Source: the human T2T-CHM13v2.0 reference genome, Homo sapiens. Taken from it: 64,000 bases of DNA. Below, one piece after another: positions 54,914 to 64,000 of the stretch (position 1 is its first letter; the number at the start of each line of letters is the position of its first letter). The position numbers and the translations under genes were made by a program. The DNA is taken from assembly GCF_009914755.1 (NCBI RefSeq), contig NC_060938.1. One strand, written 5' to 3'. Below the pieces are notes generated by a model. The model was not told where the DNA came from, did no database searches, and worked only from the letters and a program-made list of their open reading frames with translations.

Positions 54914-55469
54914 GTTAGACTTAATTTCTATCCTGAAACTGCATTCCATCATTGGGAAGCTGCCAAGTTGCTACCTTCAAGTCCCACAAAAGGACACAGA
55001 GCTTTACTGGTGAAGGTCTTTCCCCAGATAATTATTTTAAGTCAGTGTCTCCAAGGACATATTGATTTAACATCAGGGACTATTTGTATATGTTAAAGCC
55101 CAGGTAAGTGGAGAATAGTTGGGGAAAGAAGGAACATGATCCTTCTTTTGCTGAGTCCAATATTTAATACTACAATGACAGTAGTCCTGCCCAAAAGGAA
55201 CGGCCTCTTTCATAAAATCCCTTCATCAACCATCACAATTTTATTTCCTTCCAACCTCCTCTTGAAGTGGGGAGATTTAGAAACCCAAGTCCCAGCCATT
55301 CAATAGCAATATCTATAATTTAGCATTTTTCATCATGTGCTTTGGCATCAACAAAACATTTAACGTTGGGCAAATGGGAAGAGATGACTTGGCTTGCTTA
55401 AAGTGGAATAGTGTTTGCAACACACATAAAAACATCCAGACTGGATGAGCACAGATCATACATGGGTGT

Positions 55470-56112
55470 GCCTCAATTTTGCCCCACCCCCCTCTGGCCA
55501 GCAACATGAACGTCACCTGACAACTAGACCCCACTCTAGACCTGTGGAGTTCAAACCAACTCAATAGTCCCACAGACAGCTTTTTGTTTTTGTTTTTCGG
55601 ATAAACATAGAAATTGACCCTTCTGGTCTTAAAGCCTGAATCTTACATTTGTTTATCTAAGTTCCTTCCTCAAGAAAGATCTCTCAAGCTTCACCAAAAA
55701 AAGGATCAAAGAACTGAATTTCACCAGATCATGGCATCCAGACAATAAGATGTCAGATCCCTCATTCCTCATGATTGTTTCCTTGTTCCTCCCTAGTTCC
55801 TGTTTTCTTACACATTGCTACATTCCTTCCCTCCTATATAAACCCCAGTTTTATTTGGTTAGGGAGATGAATTTGAGACTGAGCTCCCATTGCTTCTGCT
55901 GCAACACCCAAGTAAAGCCTTCTTTCTTGGCAAACTGGTCATCTTAGTCATTGGCTTTCTGTGTAGTGAGCAGCTGGAACTAGAAGACCTAGACTTATCC
56001 TCTGGTGTTTCTGCAACAGAATCAGAAACTTAGGATGGGGTATGGGTCCTGGCAATCTACTTCGGGGAGGCTTTCAGATAATTCTAATGCAGGTTACAGT
56101 TTGAGAACTGGG
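55470..56112 (+). mobile_element. MER5A (hAT-Charlie), split by an LTR
   Basis: Left part CCCCACTCTAGACCTG; right part GAATCAGAAACT..ATTCTAATGCA..AGTTTGAGAACTG. Confidence 0.65.
55551..56018 (+). mobile_element. ERV solo LTR (LTR47-like; family uncertain)
   Basis: AAACCAACTCAATAGTCCCA..GGATAAACATAGAAATTGACCCTTC; TATA-like TATATAAA; ends TGGTGTTTCTGCAACA. Confidence 0.75.
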
Positions 56113-58617
56113 CAGTGTAAAGAAAGCTGTGACGGTCCAGCTTTTATCCTTTATCTGGCAGTCCCTGTCAACATTTCTTCTCTCAGGAGAAGACATTAGA
56201 GGAGAATTTGCTGCCCCACAAAACAGTCACAGGTAATCCTAGATTCCTTAGATAACCTGTCCTATTCAGGAGTCATGGAAAACTGCTAAAGCAAATATCT
56301 AGAGCAAATTTTACTTTCAGCCAATCTTTTTAAATTTTTGCTGTGATTTTAACTCTGTCATATCTAATGTAAGAAAGGAGCATTGCGGCCTTCTATGCTT
56401 ACACATAATAGACACAACTGTGTCCATCAGTAAAATCACCACCTACAGAGCATAGCTGGCCAAGGGAAGTGAAGGATCTGCCTTGATTAAGTTTGCTCAC
56501 TGTGTTGCCACTATATTTCTGGACTCCCCCTTATCACAGTGTGACATCCATTTGCACACCACATTTTTCCAGTGACTGAAAAGTGATCACTGCAGCTTGG
56601 CATCCTGCACTGCAATACAATCATTTATTTCTCACAGCACTTTATCCTGGACATTCCCATTGAGCATAAAGCCTTTGAAGTCTATGGTGCATATAATTCA
56701 TCTGACAGTGGATTGGATTGGAGTCCTTCTAAATAAAGCCCAAGCCTGAGGAGGCATCAAAATTTCTCTTCCATAATTGGCAAGTGCTATTATGCTACTG
56801 GGCTATTAAAAAAAAAAAAAGACATTTACTTGGCCACATATTTTATTGACTTTTGCTATAATAAATTTTTCTTTACTTTTGAAGATTTTTTTTTATGTCT
56901 CAAAATTTCCATCTGCCCTAAGCTCTCAAACTTCGCCTCAGTTTGTATTTAGCAATACGCCCACTGAGAAAACAAGGAAATGTTTGTAAGAATTTCCTTA
57001 GGCTTTTTGACCTATGAGGATTGCTTTGGTTTCCCCTGAGCTTTTCTATCTAATTTGTGTAAATCCTTTTTAAATTGGGTTCATTTACTTAATGTTAGAT
57101 GTTTGCAATGACTTACTAAAGCTAATTTCAGAAGGCGGGTGGTTCTGGGAGAGACTGGCTTCTCCAAATGGACCTATGAGAAAGAGAGGGGACAGGAGGG
57201 AAATTTGGAAACACAGAGACCAAGGACTTGAATTTATCACAGCCCTAATGTGGCAAGTACTGAAATAGTTACAATAACAACCCTTAGCTTTCAACTTCTT
57301 CCCCTTTATAGACCCTAAGATAAGATATGAAACATTCTGCCTGTGTCACTATTTTTAACTCCGTGTTACAATATAAGTAAATCTGGCTTAAGAAACACCT
57401 GGGGTAATTCAATAATAAAGCAGGACACAGAAGATGCTAACAGTTGGCACTAGGGCATAAAAACATAGAGAATATAAAATGTAATAGCGATTGCAAAATG
57501 TAATACAATTGCATGAAAATGCAATTAAATCAGGTTGGATAAATAGCTTCCAGGATATAATAGCAAGAAGAGAGAGTTCATTTCAATGAAGTGAAAATGG
57601 CAAAAAACTGAATAAATAATTTAAAGCTGGAAATGAAAAAATTCCGCGTGGAGTTTAGAAGACAATTGAGCTCATCTGACCTTGTGCAAGTCAGTTAACC
57701 TCCTGGGGCCTCGCTTTCCTTATTAGGAGAAGGAGGAAACAGGAGGGAGCATTAGAATTAGACTACTAATCTCAAAAGTCTATTCGAGTTCTCTCCCTCT
57801 CCCCTCTGTTCCTCCCATTCTCCTCCCAGCCACCTACCCCAGGCTTCCAAGTGAATGGTAACATAGGGCATCAATACATTAGTGGCTGTAGAAAAGAAAA
57901 TGCATATACACAAACTGTAAATTTGGGTTTCATGCAAAGCAATGATTTTTATACCCTCAGATTATTTGTCATTCTTTATAAAAACAAAAGATAAGAATAA
58001 ATGCCTGCAATGCTTGAATTTCCCTGTTTTCATCTTTTTCTGGCTACAGTTTTCCCTTATCTGGGGTTACAAAAAGGCATACTGATAAAACAGCCCATGT
58101 GGATAATGCCATGCTGAGGTTCCAGGCTCAATCATTCTCTCCACTTTTCTTCCCATCTGGTGTTTTTCTTTCACCTGATCCTCCAGGGTAGAGAAGTTAG
58201 CTGGGTGCTAATCAGTAGGTAGGGAAAAGAGAAGCATGTGTTATTGCAAAATGGATGGATCATGGATCATGGGTCAATCAAGCAAGGACTCTAGTGAGAG
58301 CTGTTAGAGAGTTAAGTCATTTAACCATGAAGACATACAGAAAGAAAACAATGCCTTCATGCGACATGTAGACACCAGTCAATCACAGAGACCAAAGGGG
58401 AATGTTTTGTTTATCATACTTATTTATAAATTCCTGGGATCTTGAGAAAAACCAAAGAGGTATTTCTAATTTCCATGTTTGGCTTTGGGTTTCTTGGCCT
58501 GCAGTATAATATAAATAGTAAACTCTGTGTTCTTCCTTGTCAGCTGAGGATGCATATCCCACCCTTCTCCACTTCAAGTCATTTATCAGGAAACATGAAT
58601 GTTAAAAAGGATGATGG

Positions 58618-58899
58618 GGCCGGGTGTGGTGGCTCACGCCTGTAATTCTAGCACTTCGGGAGGCCGAGGCGGGCAGATCACTTGAGCTCAGGAGTTTGAG
58701 ACCAGCCTGGCCAACATGGCGAAACCCTGTCTCTACTAAAAATACAAAAATTAGCCAAGTGTGGTGACGCATGTCTGTAATCCCATCTACTCAGGTGGCT
58801 GAGGCATGAGAACCTTTGAACCCAGGAAGTAGAGGTGGCAGTGAGCTATCACACCACTGCACTCCAGAGTGACTTTGTCTCAAAAAAAAAACAAAAAAA
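58618..58899 (+). mobile_element. AluS with a small right-arm deletion
   Basis: Full left arm; ACTCCAG|AGTGAC deletion; partial TSD AAAAAGGAT. Confidence 0.93.
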
Positions 58900-59084
58900 G
58901 GATCTTTGTAAATGAAAATTATTGACCACGACCATTAGTTTAATGATCAAATTTATGATTGGAAATGAATCTGTTAGTTATATGATGATTATAATGGTGG
59001 ACTGTTTAACAGCATTAATAATTTCTCCTTAGTAGGAGACAAACAGAGGATGCACTGGTAATTTAAGTCACTATAACACTACAG

Positions 59085-59320
59085 CAAAGAGATTAGATGT
59101 TGGACTCTGTAGTGAGACTACCTGGGATCCACCACTTCCCAGATATATGACCTTAGGCAAGGTATCTCTCTGGGTATTAGTGTCCTCAAATGTAAACACT
59201 GAGATAGAAATGTCAATAGCAACAGCTATCTCATAGGTTTACCCTGGATTAAATGAGCTACTATAGGTCAAGTATGGGAAACAGTCCTGGAACACAGTAA
59301 GTACTGTATGTGAGCAATTA
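59085..59320 (+). mobile_element. MIR
   Basis: GGACTCTG..ACCTGGGA..TGACCTTAGGCAAG..GATTAAATGAG. Confidence 0.75.
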
Positions 59321-59550
59321 CTGTGAGAAAGAGGCTTTAGGAGGAACCACTGACAGCAATAACAATGGTCTTTATCTTAATTTCAAGGCACAGATAGCCT
59401 TGAATTATGTGTAAAAGTCAGAATTGCAGAGTGTCTATGTCTAGTATTCTGTTTTCCTACACAAATACTCCCTGCCTCAGTTAGATTATTTGAAAAGGAA
59501 TTTGAAAAGGATCCCTATGAGTGTATGCTATGTGCTGTAGTTGGTGTTTT

Positions 59551-59857
<307 letters not shown>

Positions 59858-61139
59858 TGTAGTTGGTGTTTTGTTTGTGGGAGCAAGATAGAGAAGTTAT
59901 CACATACTTCCAGCAGAGGAAACTTGGGCTTGTTTAATTATTTCAGGATAACATTTTTTTAAAAGTCAGGTTATCAAAAACAATGAGTTAATCTTACAGG
60001 AATACATGGCAAAATGTAGCTCCGGAAGCAGTCTAGCTTTAGAAAACCAGAGTGAATAAAGAGTAGAATTCTTATTCAGAATGGAACAGCAGTCCATAAG
60101 TCTTTTTTTTCTCATGACTCAGCTCCTCTGACTCCAACATCTCTTTCTACTTTTTCCAACTACTATTTGGTAACCTTAAGTATTTCTTGTACTCAAACTC
60201 TTCCAAAAGGATCTAACTGGTTCAGTTAGGTTTTGTTTTTATTTGTTGCTTTGTTTTTGTAGGAATTAATGGATCCACTGAGCAAAAGACCCCAAGCCAA
60301 TGTCTTCATAAATTCTCATCTAGTCCATTCATAGTCTTCAACTGAAGAAGCAACCCTGGTCTAATCAGTTGTGTTCAGTGTGTTAAGTGTCTTGCAGAAT
60401 GAAGCATGGTAAGCCATACCCAATAAATGGTTTCTTGGTTGCATTGTTTAGAAACAATGAATTTAAACCAATTGTCCCATCAAATAACCATTTGGACTCA
60501 CAGCAATTCAGTTAACCTTTGGGGGCTTTAATTTCCTCACCTATGATGTCAGGAGAGTGGCCTGAATAACATGTAATATTCTTTATAACTCTAAAATGTT
60601 ATGATCCATTTGCTCCCTTAAATTCCCTTTTACTAAATGGTTAATGCTTTGAAAATAAACATTCTTTAGCTTGTGTGCTTTTAACATTTTTTCTCTCTTC
60701 AAAGATTTATATTTCCTTTATATTTAGCATATGTAAAAGCAAATATTGTAGTATGAGTTTGCTCAGTATACCCAATAAACTAAAAACCAGGGTCAATCTC
60801 AAATCTTACCAGGTAAATATCCAATTGGTTTTCTACTGTCATTGTCCCAATCTTATTATTTCCTTTTCTGTTGTTATCAGAAGGAAAGGGTGGACATTCC
60901 AGAAATGGAATCCCCTCTATTTTTCCATTAAGGATTTCCCTAAGAATCTCTTTCATGTCAAGTATTCTCAGGGTTCCATGAAAACAAAAGTATTTCCTCC
61001 ACTCAAATAGAAGGATTTGACTGAAGTTGACAGGAAAGAGTGCAAGGATCAATCAGAAATGTTTACCATAATAACACTATGAAGGAGTTGTGACATTTCA
61101 ACTGTATAACTGCTAATGTGACTTTGGGTCATTGAAAAT

Positions 61140-61535
61140 ACATTAGTGAGAACAGGCGAGGTCATGCTAAGTTAACAAGCAACACTATGATCAACAACAA
61201 AGGTTGATTTCTTGCTCAAGCTACATACCTCATCATAGATCAACAAGGAGGCTTTGCATATCATTATCATTTAGTCACCCAGGCTAACAGAGTAGCTCCC
61301 ACTGCAAACATCACTGTGTAGTATGCCAAAGAACACAGCAAGACTTGGAGGTCTTGGGCAATCAATTAAATGCTCAGCCCTAAGTTGACACATATCATTT
61401 TCCTTTACGATGCCTCGTCCAGAACTAGTCCCATGGCCCCTACATCCACAAGGGAGCCAGGAGGTGAAATAAACTCTGTATTTAGGAAGTCGAGAGCTGG
61501 AAATAATCAGAGAGCAGTACTGATGAGTACTCTAG
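61140..61535 (-). mobile_element. MLT1K/L-like LTR
   Basis: CAACAAAGGTTGATTTCTTGCTCA..CCAGAACTAGTCCCATGGCCCC..CAAGGGAG. Confidence 0.6.
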
Positions 61536-62090
61536 AATATTACCTTAAAGATAATATTTAGATAATACTTTCCTGGAGGTATCTAAAATTTAGGGTCACT
61601 GGAAGTCCTATCCTTATGCCTAGGAGACTTTCTTTGTATTAAATAAACCAGTGCTGAAGAGAACAAGGTCTTGGGCTCTAACCCTTTAAAAATCATTTGT
61701 GTTTATCTTCATACTATCATGGCCATGGCTAGAAGCCCTCTTTAAACAATCCAGACAACCTGAAAAAGACAGACTGAAGCCAGATGGTGATAGATTGTCT
61801 TCAAGGAGTATCACGAATAGAAACATGGCACCAACACTTGATCCACAACTGCAAAAGTATTATCCAGTTTGCATTCTTCATACAATGCACAGCACATTTG
61901 AATCACCCCACTTTTGGAATAAATCCATGCAAAAATGCATTAGGAATAAAAGGTGTTACCTTAGTAGGCATCATTACTTTGATATTCCACACATTTTATA
62001 AGCAAACATTTATATTTTGAAAATGGAAAAGAAATAAGATATGCAACCACTTTTTCTGAGCTATCATCAATTATAAGAAAATACTGAGAT

Positions 62091-62391
<301 letters not shown>

Positions 62392-62474
62392 TTAACCCAC
62401 AACTCACAAGCACCCAAATATTTGTTGTTTCATTCAGGGTTGAAAGTGTAGAAAGTGAAGGACACTCATTTTAC

Positions 62475-62931
62475 TGGGGTGAGCAGGTATATGCAACCCT
62501 ACCTCTCAAGGCTGAGGAAGCTGAGGGGTCAAAGAAAGAGGCTGACAAATCCAGTTTTCTGAGAAAGAAAATATTTAATAGGGACTAATGAACTGAAGCA
62601 ATGTCTCAAGTGGCTGCGGAGAGTAGATCCCTGCACCCACTCTCCAGAAATATTCTTTATATAGCAAGCTTTTAGGGTAAAGACATGAATAGCTGATTAT
62701 GTCTCAAACTGTTTTGCTGAAACATGATCACTAGGGATGATAAAGATAAACATCTTTATGAGGGTATCTGTGTTAAGGGTATTGTTTCTTTATGAGGGGT
62801 AATCTGTGCTATAGGCATTATTTAAAGACCTTGCTGCAAGAACATCTATCCAGGAGTCAAACATCAGTCATCATGGTGATTTTGTTTCAAGATGGCATTA
62901 CTCTTGCCATGCAACATGCTGTTTTCCTATG
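62475..62931 (-). mobile_element. ERV1-class solo LTR (MER83/84-like; family uncertain)
   Basis: Minus strand reads AGGAAAACAGCATGTTGCATGGCAAGAGTAATGCCATCTTGAA..; TATA-like and ATTAAA signals on minus strand. Confidence 0.6.
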
Positions 62932-63699
62932 CCCAAGAAAGATATTCAATTAACATGATCAATATAGACATTCATAGCAGATATTTCACATTTTTAAAAT
63001 CTACATTGTGATCTCAATTATCTGGATTAATTTTCCTAATTAATTGCAACTATAGATTAATTGCTCTTTTTTTTTCATTTTGTATGGCCTTAATGAAATG
63101 TGAGTCTAGTTAAAGTGCAAATTTCTTTTCTTTGTAAGGAAATGGTCCAGGCTAGAAGGGAAACACATTTGTAGCTAACTTCAATGGCTTGTCTTTAGAA
63201 TTCCCTATACTTTATCTGGAAAGTCCTCCTTTCCTTGAATTCTAGTGGGACACTTGGCATTCCAACTGGCTGCAGGGAGAGGTGGTTTCTGATAGGGAGT
63301 ATTGAGCTCTTTACACTCTCTTGTCATCTTCAACTCCAACTTCAACTTCAACTCTTGTCAACTCCAACATGCAGCTGGAGACAGAAACTAAAGGTCTCTT
63401 CCAAGGTTGAAAGCAACCTTGCTCTTTGCTCCAAAAAGGGATACTACTTCTATTTTCCAATGATGTTCACTATACAAACATCCTTGAAAGTATAATTCAG
63501 AAAAAGGCAGTGTACCTCTGCTCACAAGTCATGCAGACATGTGAGAGATTTATGGATAATTATCTCTCAATACTATTTCTTAGAAGAATTTAGATCTAAA
63601 TATCCTTGGAGAAAGACGACATCAACTTATCTGCATCAAGCTACTGTTGTCCAATTTTAAACGGGCATTTACATTTTATTCTTTTTCTAAATCCTCTCT

Positions 63700-64000
63700 G
63701 TCTTAGGAAAATCTAGATTATGCTGCAATAATGAACAACCTCTAAAATCTCAGAAGTTTAATGAAAAACATTTTAGTTTCACTCACACCATTCTATATAA
63801 GGCTATTTTATACTGTCGCTCAAATAGATAGAATTTTACTTTCTTATAGATGCACTATGTACAGCACTGTCTCCTCAATGGCCCTGGCATCAGAAGACAG
63901 AAAGACTCATACATGGACTTTTCACTGCCTTATCCTGAAAATGACATAGGTCATATTTTATTAGCCAGTGCTGGTTACATGGTCAGATCTAATGTAAAGG
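63700..64000 (-). mobile_element. Old MLT1-type LTR, running off the window
   Basis: TTATGCTGCAATAATGAACAACCTCTAAAATCTCAG..GGTTACATGGTCAGATCTAA. Confidence 0.6.

Overview
AT-rich mammalian genomic DNA, almost certainly human because it carries a near-consensus AluYb8/Yb9 element, a human-specific lineage. It looks intergenic or deep-intronic. A large fraction is interspersed repeat: 12 Alus, L1 fragments of several ages, L2 and MIR, MaLR/ERV solo LTRs, and DNA-transposon relics (MER6A, Tigger3a, Charlie-type, MER5A, MER91), plus microsatellites. I recognise no protein-coding gene, RNA gene, CpG island or CRISPR-like array. The supplied ORFs are repeat-derived or of chance length. I found no convincing new multi-gene system. 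The best observations are structural or regulatory: (1) a ~300 bp local templated duplication of MER6A plus flank, pasted into an L2; (2) a twin-primed inverted L1MA that contains ~1.07 kb of apparently older L1 sequence; (3) a CpG-rich splice-bounded exon candidate with a small ORF at 46.9-47.0 kb, with further strong + strand donors downstream and a CpG-retaining candidate promoter at 35.5-36.2 kb; (4) a very young AluYb9 that forms an inverted Alu pair; (5) a pure (TA)30 tract. Repeat subfamily names come from recalled consensus sequences and need RepeatMasker/Dfam confirmation. Boundaries of old repeats are approximate.
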